Counted from the first letter of the stretch, positions 1 to 9,735 are shown. The stretch: 64,000 nt of DNA from a virus (IMGVR_UViG_3300021371_000009:10443-74442); one strand, 5' to 3'. Notes: a model not told the origin generated them from the letters alone. Numbers and translations: made by a program.

Positions 1-819
1 GTTGATTACTACCACCTTTACAAAATGGTCTTTATATTCACTCGCATCAAAGTTTTCATATGACTTATCTCTATCATTATATTCTAACTTCTTAAAGATG
101 CTGTATGGATTTTCAATGAACTCTAACTCTCTAGTCTCTGTATCAAAGATATGAAACCCACGCTTGTCACCATAGTCAGACCAAGTCATCTGATATGGAT
201 TACCTAGATATGTAATATTATCTTGAGTTGATTTGTGATGAAAGTGACCACTGAAAGCGCAATCGAATTTACCGAAAACTTTTCTATCTAATCCATGGTC
301 AAAGTTTGTGAAACCTTTATACATTGTAAAACCTTTAACTTCTAAGTGACCCATAAGAACTTGAGCATCAGTATTAGAAATCATCTGCATAGTTTCATCT
401 CTATTCTCTGGACAAATCCACGGAACAAAAAGCATCTTACAACCATCAAATTCTACTTCAGTTGCTTTCTCGTAAATCCAGGGTTCGTTGTTACCATCAA
501 ATCCAGTAAACAGCGTATTCATACTATTCACTTCATTTGTGTTCTTGTAGTATGTGTCGTGATTACCAATAATTACATGAGTATCAATACCCATGCGTCC
601 TAGTTTCCATATAAAGTCATGTCTAAACTTCTGTAGTGTTTTGAAGTTGATAAACTTACGTCTATCTGTAATGTCACCTAGATGAATACATGTGGTAATA
701 TTGTTTTCTTCTAAGTATGGAAAAAATGTATTATCATAAAATTTAAAGAAGTAATCGTTAAATACTTCACTGTCATTTCTGGCACCAAAATGTGTGTCAG
801 TTATTAATGCTATTTTCAT
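1..819 (-). CDS. gp47: Recombination endonuclease subunit (Mre11/SbcD-like); runs off the window start
   Basis: Not in ORF track; translated by hand from ATG at 819: MKIALITDTHFGARND...HLGDITDRRK...IIGNHD...GHLE...SGHFH metallophosphoesterase motifs; lies downstream of gp55 as in T4-like phages. Confidence 0.93.
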   Translation of the reverse strand, partial: MKIALITDTHFGARNDSEVFNDYFFKFYDNTFFPYLEENNITTCIHLGDITDRRKFINFKTLQKFRHDFIWKLGRMGIDTHVIIGNHDTYYKNTNEVNSMNTLFTGFDGNNEPWIYEKATEVEFDGCKMLFVPWICPENRDETMQMISNTDAQVLMGHLEVKGFTMYKGFTNFDHGLDRKVFGKFDCAFSGHFHHKSTQDNITYLGNPYQMTWSDYGDKRGFHIFDTETRELEFIENPYSIFKKLEYNDRDKSYENFDASEYKDHFVKVVVIN

Positions 820-2257
820 ATTCATTGTTCCATTTTGTAATCAAATCTTTGTGTAACAAAGTATCACTTCTATCGGTAAAATATTTACGTCTAGGTAGTT
901 GTCCATGAGAGTGTATATGCTCTATCAATACTTTATTAGATAACAAACCCAAAGCATATAATACTTGATTCCAGTTGTGTGAACCAAATATTCTATTTTG
1001 CGTTGCAACTGCTCCACTTACATTTCCAACATCTTCTAATAGTAACACACGTTCTTGTGCAATGTCAATATATTTTTTCACTTCTACCGGTAAATGTGAA
1101 TTTTTAACATCTTTCCAAAAATCAGTATCAGCAATACAATTGACATAATGTAGTCTAACGAATGCAAAAACTTGTTCAAACAAATCTTGTACGATAGTAT
1201 TATAAGTTTCTTTAGACTTGGTACCTGAGTTAATGTATGTTGATAGTAATTTTGCTTGCTGTATACCAACACCTATTGCTGTTGCTTCTAAAGGTTCATA
1301 AAAGTGTGATGACAGACCAATTAGTACTGTATTTCCAACCCAAGTCTGACTATAATTACCTGCCTCAAACTTAAATGTTTTTCCAACTTTAGGTTCGAAC
1401 CCTAATTTTTCGGTAACTTCTTTTACTGCATCTTCATAAGATATGTGCTTGGAACTGTATGCATATCCATTTCCCATACGTTCTGATGTAGGTATACGCC
1501 ACATCCATCCAGAACTCATTTTATGTGCTTGTGTGTGAATTGGATAATTGTCAGGTTCTTCATGAGGACATTGAAAAGCAAATGCACTATCTACAAACAT
1601 ATCATTTTGTCTAGATTTAAATTTAAAACCATCAACTTCAGATGCGATAATTCTTCTAAAACCACTAGCATCTACAAAAATATCTGCTTCATAAATCGCT
1701 GTAGCACTCTCAATAGATTTACAATTATCAGTTTCATCAATATTGACTTTTACAATCTTATCATCATAAAAACCAACACCGACTTCTTTCATTAGTTTTT
1801 GTAAAAATTTATTTAATTTTTGAGTATCAAAGTGAAATTGATTTGGTAGTTCATCCATTTCTCTAGCACAGTTTTCTAACTGCCATGGATTTATTAAATC
1901 TAATGGATCGCAATTACTACTCATATTTAAGTACATATGAAGTTCACTATCACCAGCATCTTCATCTGTAGTTAATGAATGAATATATCTCTTGTCAGTC
2001 CATCCTCTAAAGTCAACACCGAACTTAAATGTACAACCGCTTTGCTGTACAAATTCCTTAACAGGTATCGCCATCAATTCTCTAAAGTAGTTCACATGTT
2101 CTGTACTACTTTCTCCAACGCCAACAATACCTATTTCAGAAGAACCTACGACATACACATCTAGTCCAGGTTTCTCTTTCTTTAATATCAACGCGGCCAT
2201 TAGTCCAGCATTACCCGCACCTAATACACAAACACGTTTTCTATTCCATGAATTCAT
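797..2257 (-). CDS. Flavin-dependent (tryptophan-halogenase family) halogenase
   Basis: GAGNAG FAD-binding motif, GVGES, TFKFG (catalytic Lys position), WMWRIP signature, FYEPLEAT (PrnA Glu motif). Confidence 0.9.
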   Translation of the reverse strand: MNSWNRKRVCVLGAGNAGLMAALILKKEKPGLDVYVVGSSEIGIVGVGESSTEHVNYFRELMAIPVKEFVQQSGCTFKFGVDFRGWTDKRYIHSLTTDEDAGDSELHMYLNMSSNCDPLDLINPWQLENCAREMDELPNQFHFDTQKLNKFLQKLMKEVGVGFYDDKIVKVNIDETDNCKSIESATAIYEADIFVDASGFRRIIASEVDGFKFKSRQNDMFVDSAFAFQCPHEEPDNYPIHTQAHKMSSGWMWRIPTSERMGNGYAYSSKHISYEDAVKEVTEKLGFEPKVGKTFKFEAGNYSQTWVGNTVLIGLSSHFYEPLEATAIGVGIQQAKLLSTYINSGTKSKETYNTIVQDLFEQVFAFVRLHYVNCIADTDFWKDVKNSHLPVEVKKYIDIAQERVLLLEDVGNVSGAVATQNRIFGSHNWNQVLYALGLLSNKVLIEHIHSHGQLPRRKYFTDRSDTLLHKDLITKWNNEYENSINN

Positions 2258-2789
2258 CTAAAGCACCTTTACGTTCTTTCTTCTCTTTCTGAATTTCTTT
2301 CATCTCTTCAACTTGCTTATCATCATACATGTTATCTTGAAGAAACTCTAGATACTGATTTGTGTATTGACCGTCATCATGGTCATCAGTAAATAGACTA
2401 TCATCAACAACCATATTCTGAATTAACTTTTGCTTCAGTTCAGTTTGCTTCTTTTCTTTTTGAATTCTACGCAAAAATGCATAGTAAATAATTTGTGTAA
2501 AATATGCAAATGGATTTTTTGACTTCTCAGGATTAAAATTATGCAAATACATTAAGCAGTTTTCAATACCATCTGATATCATATCGTGCTTATATGTATA
2601 ATTAATAAAGTTTGGGCGGTATGATAAATGTTGTGCTATCTTGAGAAAACACTCACCAAGGTATCTTGTTACTGGTGGTGTTTCTTTACCTGCTGACTTT
2701 GCTTCATCAACTTTCACTCTGTATTCAATCAATGCTTCTAAGAACTCTTTGTTATTAACGTAGTGTTCTCGTTTTTTCTTTTCTGCCAT
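2241..2789 (-). CDS. gp55: Late-transcription sigma factor
   Basis: HYVNNKEFL, LSYRPNFINY, MISDGIENC, NF.PEKS.NPFAYFTQI.YYAFLRRIQKEKKQ. Confidence 0.96.
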   Translation of the reverse strand: MAEKKKREHYVNNKEFLEALIEYRVKVDEAKSAGKETPPVTRYLGECFLKIAQHLSYRPNFINYTYKHDMISDGIENCLMYLHNFNPEKSKNPFAYFTQIIYYAFLRRIQKEKKQTELKQKLIQNMVVDDSLFTDDHDDGQYTNQYLEFLQDNMYDDKQVEEMKEIQKEKKERKGALDEFME

Positions 2790-2808
2790 AATATCTCCAT
2801 ATTAACTG

Positions 2809-2837
2809 TTGACAACACCTACTTAGGTGTATATAAT
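2809..2837 (+). promoter_or_regulatory. Consensus sigma70 promoter oriented antisense to the uvsW operon, with a dyad in its spacer
   Basis: TTGACA (2809-2814), 17 nt, TATAAT (2832-2837); spacer contains ACACCTA-CT-TAGGTGT. Confidence 0.65.
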
Positions 2838-2864
2838 AGGGGTGTTCCCTTTTCAGAAACAATG

Positions 2865-3311
2865 TTAGTGTTTCGTTATCTTATCCTTGTTGTACATATA
2901 TTCCAGTATGTCTTCATCTTCACCTGTTATTCCTAGTTTCTCATTCATTTTATCCAATGCTTCTTTTAGTTGCGTTACATTTTCGATAGGTTCATCATCA
3001 AAGGAATCGATGGGATTAGTCTTACACTTCTCAACAATTCTATGATAGTATCTTATAACATCTTCTCTAGGGTTTGTCAAGGTTAAAATTGCATTCTTTG
3101 CAATGTAAAAAACTTGGTCATTTGAAAACGATTCCCAAGGTCCGAAAGTTGCATTCTCATATGCACCATCCCCATCTTCATGCTGTTGCATCCACTTATG
3201 AATTCTCATAGGTTCTGTTAGAGTAGCATACTCTTCATTCTCATCTACTTTAATTCTAGTAATCAAACTATCGCCGGTGGTCAGTTTGACTAATTTTATA
3301 GGGTCTGTCAT
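2865..3311 (-). CDS. Hypothetical protein (possibly Sm-like N-terminus) between uvsW and gp55
   Basis: 148 aa; IKLVKLTTGD start; overlaps the uvsW stop (ATGA); position typical of T4-like phages. Confidence 0.65.
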   Translation of the reverse strand: MTDPIKLVKLTTGDSLITRIKVDENEEYATLTEPMRIHKWMQQHEDGDGAYENATFGPWESFSNDQVFYIAKNAILTLTNPREDVIRYYHRIVEKCKTNPIDSFDDEPIENVTQLKEALDKMNEKLGITGEDEDILEYMYNKDKITKH

Positions 3312-4759
3312 ATGCTTACCTTTATAGTTTTATATTTAAATTTTTCTTCATTGTAAGTTTTAATTCTTTCAACAGCATGTTCTAGTGTATAATTACGATG
3401 CTGTTTCCAACTCATATCATCTGATATATCAAACAACTGCGCTTCTTCTTTATTGTCACCTAATCTAAGACCGCGCCCAATAGATTGAAGATTTCTGATT
3501 TTGGACTTACTAGGACTTGCAAAAATGATATTGTGAAGATTACGAATATTAATGCCAGTAGAAAAAGTACCGTAACTAGCAACAATAATCGCATCTGTTT
3601 CTTTCTCGGTAATAGCACGAATTTCCTCTCTTTCGTTTGCACCGACACCGCCAAACACAAAGAATACTTTTCTATCTTTTGCTTTCTCTTTTATAATATC
3701 ATATAATATTTTACCATGCTTCTCGACATATTGAAATAGTAATAGTGTGTTACCAGTCTGGTCAAGTGCTAAATTTCTAATGAAATTGTTTCTGGGTGTG
3801 TGAGACACTAAGAAATTCATCTCTTCTTGATATGTATATTTTTTGTTTTCTTGTCTTATCTCATCAGAGTAATTCAGCATGATACATGATATTTTTAATT
3901 TAGCAAGTTGACCATCTTTCATCAACTGCTTAGATGTTGTAAATCTACGAACAGGTCCGAACAATCCTTCTAGCATGAGTTTGTGAGTTTTTGTATCGTC
4001 TAATGTACCTGTCGTACCAAAACGCATAACTGCATTCTCTGTCTTTTCCATCAATGTTTTAAGTGATGTTGCTTTGAACAGATGTGCTTCATCACCAATC
4101 ACCATCTTATAATCGGCAAACCATTTCTTAGGTAGTTTATATACAGATTGCCAAGTCGTAATTACAATACGTTTGTCTGTATCTTTTTCGTGACCTGAAT
4201 AAATCTTGTGACAATTCTCTTCAACATTGTATCCATAATCTTTGAAGTCTTTATACATTTGTTCAACAAGTGATGTTGTAGGTACAATAATAAGAACTCT
4301 ACCTGAAGTGCCTAATTGTGTTAGACCATAGATAATGAGAGACTTACCTGAACCAGTTGGTGAAAGCATAACAAGTCTCTTATCATTTAGTCCATCTCGT
4401 ATTGCATCTACTTGATAGTTACGAGGCGTAAATGGTAAGTTTAAATCTAGTAATGCTTTAACTACTTCTTCAGTAGAAAATTTTTGTTTAGGTATAACAC
4501 TATCTTGTCCAACTAAATGATAACCTCTAGTCTTACAGAATTCTTCTAAGTGTTCCATTAAACCTATGTAGAGTTGACTAGTCCACATATTGAACAGACG
4601 TATTTTACCATCCCACATTTTATTACGAAATGTAGGCATGAACTCTGCTCCAGGTACTTTGAATGTGAAATACTCTGACAATTCATATTTAATGCCAGCA
4701 TCATCACAGTCAATTGACATGAAGACTTCGTTAATTTTTGATACGATTATAGAATTCAT
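3308..4759 (-). CDS. uvsW: UvsW DNA helicase
   Basis: WDGKIRLF, SPTGSGKS Walker A, DEAH, QSIGRGLR motif VI. Confidence 0.96.
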   Translation of the reverse strand: MNSIIVSKINEVFMSIDCDDAGIKYELSEYFTFKVPGAEFMPTFRNKMWDGKIRLFNMWTSQLYIGLMEHLEEFCKTRGYHLVGQDSVIPKQKFSTEEVVKALLDLNLPFTPRNYQVDAIRDGLNDKRLVMLSPTGSGKSLIIYGLTQLGTSGRVLIIVPTTSLVEQMYKDFKDYGYNVEENCHKIYSGHEKDTDKRIVITTWQSVYKLPKKWFADYKMVIGDEAHLFKATSLKTLMEKTENAVMRFGTTGTLDDTKTHKLMLEGLFGPVRRFTTSKQLMKDGQLAKLKISCIMLNYSDEIRQENKKYTYQEEMNFLVSHTPRNNFIRNLALDQTGNTLLLFQYVEKHGKILYDIIKEKAKDRKVFFVFGGVGANEREEIRAITEKETDAIIVASYGTFSTGINIRNLHNIIFASPSKSKIRNLQSIGRGLRLGDNKEEAQLFDISDDMSWKQHRNYTLEHAVERIKTYNEEKFKYKTIKVSI

Positions 4760-4889
4760 CTGTTACATCAACAAAACTTTGATATGTAGCACCACAGTTA
4801 ATGCATACATAATCCGGTGTCAATACTCCTTCTTCACTCTCAAAATAGTATTCACCACATACAGAACATTGAAATACTCTATGTGTCAT
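4731..4889 (-). CDS. Rubredoxin-like / zinc-ribbon small protein (52 aa)
   Basis: Below ORF-track cutoff; MTHRVFQCSVCGEYYFESEEGVLTPDYVCINCGATYQSFVDVTDEFYNRIKN; two CxxCG motifs; start overlaps the uvsY stop (TAATG). Confidence 0.75.
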   Translation of the reverse strand: MTHRVFQCSVCGEYYFESEEGVLTPDYVCINCGATYQSFVDVTDEFYNRIKN

Positions 4890-5332
4890 TACATTACTCC
4901 ATTCGTAAATTTATGCCATTCAATAGCATTCTTGATATCCCATCCTCTAGAATTAATTGAACGCAATACTCTTTCTACAAAATCTACAACTGTTTCCCAA
5001 TATGCAATTTTGTCTTTCTTTTTTATTAAATCAAAGTCACCATCTAAATGTTCATCCATCTCATTCTTTAGAGGTTTAGAACCTAGATATTGTTCCCAAC
5101 CCAAATCATCAAGTTCTCGTTGAGACATTTCTCCTCGAAAGTATCTCCACTTATATCTACGCAACTTGTAATAATCACTACGTTCTTTTTGTAGATTAAG
5201 TTTTGCTGTTGATAGAATGACAACATACTTTGCATGAAGATTAGGTGTCTGTAGACTTTCTTTTTCTAGATTAATATCATCAATCTTACAGTCTTGTTGC
5301 CACATTGTTTGAAGTTTATCTAAATCTACCAT
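4889..5332 (-). CDS. uvsY: UvsY recombination mediator
   Basis: W..D..ID, P.LHAKY, I..RGW.IKNAIEW.KF..G. Confidence 0.93.
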   Translation of the reverse strand: MVDLDKLQTMWQQDCKIDDINLEKESLQTPNLHAKYVVILSTAKLNLQKERSDYYKLRRYKWRYFRGEMSQRELDDLGWEQYLGSKPLKNEMDEHLDGDFDLIKKKDKIAYWETVVDFVERVLRSINSRGWDIKNAIEWHKFTNGVM

Positions 5333-5357
5333 ATATTCCTCATTTCAAATAGTACTC

Positions 5358-5386
5358 ATCATAACACAGATATAGCGTAATGTCAA
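5358..5386 (-). promoter_or_regulatory. sigma70-type promoter for uvsY-uvsW
   Basis: Minus strand TTGACA-17 nt-TATGAT upstream of the uvsY SD (GAGG). Confidence 0.7.
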
Positions 5387-5387
5387 G

Positions 5388-5969
5388 TTATAATTTCACA
5401 ATATCGTAGTAAGAGAAGGTAAAAGATGCTGATGCTGTTAAGTATGGCATAGAAGTGTCGGTAATGTCAAACTGAATTGCTTCTAATGATGTAGGAAATA
5501 AATCTTTGAAGCGTACTTCTACGTTAGCATTGTTGTTACTGTCTGTAATAGTCAATGTAGCATCAGTCATGGTTGGTGCAATAGGTTTAAGAGTTGAATT
5601 TCTTGCTGTAGGAAATTCAACCTGTCTATTAATATAGCGATTGTAGTCTTCTGTGTCAATATCTGCAGTTACTTGTACCATCCAATCTTTTAATGCTATG
5701 AAGTTAGTACAGTTTTCATCTACAAGAAAAGTAACTAGTAAATCGCCAAAGTTGATGGTATCACCAGGAACAGGTGTATCTTTCATTCGTGTCATCTGCA
5801 TTGATGACCCCATAGAGATATTAGGTAAATTTGCTGTTTGACATGTAAAGGATACACCCTCAAGTCTTTGCATTGTAAATACAAACTGAGCAGGTGTAAG
5901 AAAGTTTAAATTGGTAGCGGCAATGCTATCAGTCCAATTTGTATATGTAATATTTTCATCGTATGCCAT
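5388..5969 (-). CDS. gp3: Tail tube terminator / tail completion protein
   Basis: NFL.P..F.F, CQ.ANLP, PGD...FGDL.V.FLVDEN, F.DLFPTSL; lies between gp23 and uvsY. Confidence 0.88.
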   Translation of the reverse strand: MAYDENITYTNWTDSIAATNLNFLTPAQFVFTMQRLEGVSFTCQTANLPNISMGSSMQMTRMKDTPVPGDTINFGDLLVTFLVDENCTNFIALKDWMVQVTADIDTEDYNRYINRQVEFPTARNSTLKPIAPTMTDATLTITDSNNNANVEVRFKDLFPTSLEAIQFDITDTSMPYLTASASFTFSYYDIVKL

Positions 5970-6005
5970 AGTAGATTCCTTTATCTATACTACTATTTAT
6001 CCATT

Positions 6006-6032
6006 AAAAAAGGGGAGCATTTCTGCTCCCCC
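6006..6032 (-). terminator. Intrinsic terminator after gp23
   Basis: Minus strand GGGGAGCA-GAAA-TGCTCCCC followed by TTTTTT. Confidence 0.85.
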
Positions 6033-6061
6033 TTCTAAGGTTTCTCTCCCTTAATGCAATC

Positions 6062-7342
6062 TTACATCAGGTTAGTAACAGTTACCAATCTGTAGTATGA
6101 GTTGCTATCTGCTGAGATAGAAGTGAATGGGTTAGATACTAGACCATAACGGGTCTTGAAACCAATCTTAGGTTGGAAAGTATTCTCGCCCACTGCACGA
6201 ACCATCTGCAGAGGTACATAAGGACAGTAGAACAGACCAGCGTCATAAGCGTTTGAACCCTTATAACCAACACAGTAGAACTGGTTGCTATCTGAACTGT
6301 TTGCTGAGTACGGATCGATGTACACTTTAATCTTACCGTTGATGGTACCAGCGAATGTGTTGCCAGTATCGTCTACATTCAGATTAGTCTGAAGTGCAGG
6401 TGCGTAATCAAGAACGCCTGCCATTGAGAGAGCAGATGCAACATCACTTGAAGTGATGATGAAGTTACCCTTACCACGGCGAGTGTCTTGTGCGATTGTG
6501 TTAGCATCACGCTCAATCTGGAACAGAAGTCCCTTGAAACGCTCAACTGACCAACGACCGTTACTATCAACGTCAAGGTCGAAAGTACCAGCACTTGCTA
6601 CTGCGCCAGACTGTGCGCCTGCTTTAGCAGAAGTGTAGATAGTACGAACAACTTCGCGGTTGATTTCAGCAAGAATTTCTGCTGAAAGGATGTTAGCGAG
6701 TTCAGTTTCAGCATCAAGACCATGAACTGCTTTCAAGTCTTGTGCAAGTTCAAGAGTGTATTCTGCTTTCAACGCTCTTGTCTTTGCTGTTACTGAAGTC
6801 TTTTCGATGGTGAATGCCATCTCGTTGAACTGACCAGAGTTACCCATTGAGACTGCACCATCTCCAAGTGCTTCACCAGTACCTGTACCAGCGCCTTGAC
6901 CAGTTGTGAATGGTGATTCCACTGGGTTACCACCAGCATGTGCAGGTGTGACACCAGAGAAGTCTGTGTCTGCTTCGTTGAACAATGCTTCTGTACCACC
7001 CTGTGAAGAGTAGTTAGACTTCATTGCAAAAATCAGACCAGTTGGACCAGTCATTGGTTGCACACCACAGATGTCGTATGCGATAAGATTTGGCATTGCA
7101 CGGCGTACAAGCGAAATCAGGATTGGGTCAAACTTTGCGATACCGCCAGTGTCTGGCATAGTATCAGCATGGTTTGTTGGGATTGCTTCGTGAAGCATTC
7201 CGCGCTCTTCTTTCATTGCTTTTTCTTGGTTTTCCAAGATAACAGTTGTGACTGCCTTCTTGTACGAATCCTGAATTTGTGGCATATCAGGATGGTCAAG
7301 AACAGGACCCCACTTCTGCTGAAGGTTTTCTGTTAAAAACAT
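6062..7342 (-). CDS. gp23: Major capsid protein
   Basis: KW.PVL, FDPILISLVRRAMPNLIAYDICGVQPMTGPTGLIFAM, ELAQDLKAVHGLDAE, FQPKIGFKTRYG. Confidence 0.99.
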   Translation of the reverse strand: MFLTENLQQKWGPVLDHPDMPQIQDSYKKAVTTVILENQEKAMKEERGMLHEAIPTNHADTMPDTGGIAKFDPILISLVRRAMPNLIAYDICGVQPMTGPTGLIFAMKSNYSSQGGTEALFNEADTDFSGVTPAHAGGNPVESPFTTGQGAGTGTGEALGDGAVSMGNSGQFNEMAFTIEKTSVTAKTRALKAEYTLELAQDLKAVHGLDAETELANILSAEILAEINREVVRTIYTSAKAGAQSGAVASAGTFDLDVDSNGRWSVERFKGLLFQIERDANTIAQDTRRGKGNFIITSSDVASALSMAGVLDYAPALQTNLNVDDTGNTFAGTINGKIKVYIDPYSANSSDSNQFYCVGYKGSNAYDAGLFYCPYVPLQMVRAVGENTFQPKIGFKTRYGLVSNPFTSISADSNSYYRLVTVTNLM

Positions 7343-7387
7343 TTTATTATCTCCTCGTTGTTTAACGTATGTTAAATATTACAATAT

Positions 7388-7395
7388 TATTTATA
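7388..7395 (-). promoter_or_regulatory. T4-type late promoter for gp23
   Basis: TATAAATA on minus strand. Confidence 0.8.
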
Positions 7396-7399
7396 ATAT

Positions 7400-8698
7400 T
7401 TATTTGCCCACTGTTCTGGAGATTGCAGAAACGTAGTCTTTCATCTCACTGGTTAAGTTGACTGCTTCTGTAAGTTCATCTACAGCAACCTCATCCTCTT
7501 CGATTGTTTTGGCAATCTTTGGAAAGTAACTCTCCTTGAGTGTTTCCAATTCTTTTGCAAATGATTCCTCATCTGAGAACTCAAGACCTTCTACAAGACC
7601 AGAGAACTTCTCTTTTTGAGTATCAGTCAAATCTTTTGCAGATTCCTCGATAGCAACTTGCTTCTTTGCTTCGTTTACCATCTTAGATGTTTCAGCATTT
7701 GCTTCGATTTGCTCATTGAGTTTTTGCTCAAGTTCTGCAATCTTGTCTTGCTGTTCTGCTACCACATCATACTTGTCTTCTGGAACATCAATGTAATGCT
7801 CTTCGAAAACTTTCTTCAGTGATACGATAAAGTCTTCTGTGATTTCAGACTTGAGACCACGCTCAACAGCGAGTTCATTGTCTTTAGACCACTGCTCGAC
7901 AACATATGAAAGATATGTGTCAACCTTATCTGTCAAATCTTCTGCAATCTTTGCAGTCTCTTCATCGATTTGTGTTTCGTAATGCTCTTCAAGTTCGACA
8001 ATCTTATCAGCAACTTTAGAGTTTACTGCCGCTTCGAATACAGTCTTTGCTCTTGCTTTGAATTCGGCATCGAACTCACCGCCTTCAGTCAATGCATTTA
8101 CGTCATCTGACATATCTACATCTTCTTTCTTCGCGGCGTATGATGACTTCATATAACCATAAGATGCTTTCATATGCTTCATTTCTTTCATCTTATCGAC
8201 TTGAGCATGAAGTTTTTTCTTCATCTCTTCCATTTCTTTGTCATCATCTTCGTCTTCATCGTCATCGTCATCGGACTCGTCTTCGTCATCTTCCTCATCC
8301 ATATCCTTTTCGCCATTTTTCTTTTTGGCGTCCATTGCTTTTTTGAGGGCAGGTGGCATTTCGCCTTCCGCGACTTCTTCTTCAGAGACTACTTCTAGTT
8401 CTTCGTCTTCATCAGCATCTTCTTTAACTTTTGTAGCACCTGGTTTGATTTTCTGTTCGCCTTTGTTTGCTTCACCACCTGGAACTGCCGCTTTCTTGAC
8501 TTTCTTAGTCATTTCAGCAGGACCATTCTTATCGTCTGGTGATACAACAGCGGCACCAGCATCTTCAACGCCATCAGCGTCTCCGTCGATTTTCTTCATT
8601 GGTTCAGCGGCAACACCCTTACCACCAGGAGCAGTTGCTTCGTGCATTGATGCTTCAAGCAATTCTTTAATTTTATCTTCTACAGACATGTTGGACAC
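7400..8698 (-). CDS. gp22: Prohead core scaffolding protein
   Basis: Acidic coiled coil; F..KA.TVFEAAV, VD.YL.YVVE.W...N.LAVE.G, F.EHYIDVPE.K.DV; lies between gp21 and gp23. Confidence 0.93.
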   Translation of the reverse strand: MSNMSVEDKIKELLEASMHEATAPGGKGVAAEPMKKIDGDADGVEDAGAAVVSPDDKNGPAEMTKKVKKAAVPGGEANKGEQKIKPGATKVKEDADEDEELEVVSEEEVAEGEMPPALKKAMDAKKKNGEKDMDEEDDEDESDDDDDEDEDDDKEMEEMKKKLHAQVDKMKEMKHMKASYGYMKSSYAAKKEDVDMSDDVNALTEGGEFDAEFKARAKTVFEAAVNSKVADKIVELEEHYETQIDEETAKIAEDLTDKVDTYLSYVVEQWSKDNELAVERGLKSEITEDFIVSLKKVFEEHYIDVPEDKYDVVAEQQDKIAELEQKLNEQIEANAETSKMVNEAKKQVAIEESAKDLTDTQKEKFSGLVEGLEFSDEESFAKELETLKESYFPKIAKTIEEDEVAVDELTEAVNLTSEMKDYVSAISRTVGK

Positions 8699-8717
8699 TC
8701 CTTATTTGTTTGTCTAA

Positions 8718-8725
8718 TATTTATA
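8718..8725 (-). promoter_or_regulatory. Late promoter for gp22
   Basis: TATAAATA on minus strand. Confidence 0.75.
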
Positions 8726-8729
8726 TGTT

Positions 8730-9377
8730 TTACAGTTTTGACAAGAAATTATTAAATGCATTTAACTTTGCTTCTTGTAAAGAATTAAGTTTTGCTTTAG
8801 CAATTTCTTGCTTATATCTTTCGATATTCACTTCTTTGATGATGCCATTATCCCAAATCCATTCTGCGCCTTCCATGATGCCATTTACGAAAGCATCAGG
8901 AGCAGATGGGTCTGCAACAATGTCGGCGGCGGTTGCAAGATAAAAATCACCTTGCACTTCTTGGGCACCTGAACGACCCGCTTTAAGCGAACCCATTCCC
9001 CTAGAAGATACCCCCAATGTAGCGCCCTCATCCATCAAATTCTTAACAATCTTACCGTATGGAGTATCCATAATTTTTGCTTTGCCCATGACATTAGAAC
9101 CATCCATTGACAATTCTGTAATCATGTGCGATACTCTTTCAAGATTGATTGTCGGACCATCAGGATGACCCAACTCACCAAACGCACGTTTGCGGTCGAT
9201 ATTTTCTTTTGTATATCTCTTAACTTCAGTTTCCATAACTGACTTCGGATATACTCGACCGTTTCTATTCTTGAGGTCGGATTGCATAAACACGCCCTCA
9301 ATGAAATATTGTTTTGCGCCACCCTTCTCTTCTACGAGAAAGTTAGCGTCTGAAATTTCTTCTCTAATCAGTTTCAT
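8730..9377 (-). CDS. gp21: Prohead protease
   Basis: MKLIRE start, IEGVFMQ...NRNGRVYP, GELGHP, GVSSRGMGSL, DIVADPSAPDAFV. Confidence 0.97.
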   Translation of the reverse strand: MKLIREEISDANFLVEEKGGAKQYFIEGVFMQSDLKNRNGRVYPKSVMETEVKRYTKENIDRKRAFGELGHPDGPTINLERVSHMITELSMDGSNVMGKAKIMDTPYGKIVKNLMDEGATLGVSSRGMGSLKAGRSGAQEVQGDFYLATAADIVADPSAPDAFVNGIMEGAEWIWDNGIIKEVNIERYKQEIAKAKLNSLQEAKLNAFNNFLSKL

Positions 9378-9378
9378 G

Positions 9379-9735
9379 TTAGATACCTGCATAACCTGTT
9401 AATTTTTTAAGCACTAGAACTGCGGTGCCGCCTGTTGTGATAGTCACTTTAATATCTTCATCACTATCTGTAACTTCTAGTGCAGGTAAAATCCAATGAC
9501 CTGATGTACCAGTTGCACCGCTATCAAATTTTACAGTTCCGGTTGTAGCACTCTCAATAACTACATCTCCTGACCAGTAGATTTCTTTAATACCAACTGT
9601 AGGTGATGAAGCAGTTTGGTTTGTCACAAGAAATGAAGCACCATCAATATCGATAGTAGTATTTCCCGCTCCTCCTGTCACACTGACTACATTAGTCGTT
9701 TTGGTGACCTTTAGAAATTGTTGACCTATTGCCAT
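9379..9735 (-). CDS. Small beta-rich putative virion protein; paralog of 17963..18334
   Basis: 118 aa, Thr/Gly/Val-rich, ends LKKLTGY; own late promoter at 9761-9768. Confidence 0.6.
   Translation of the reverse strand: MAIGQQFLKVTKTTNVVSVTGGAGNTTIDIDGASFLVTNQTASSPTVGIKEIYWSGDVVIESATTGTVKFDSGATGTSGHWILPALEVTDSDEDIKVTITTGGTAVLVLKKLTGYAGI

Noticed and set aside
8238-8717. Ser-rich + strand ORF and the many other short antisense ORFs in the track
   Set aside because: They are shadows of well-supported genes on the opposite strand (here the acidic tract of gp22)
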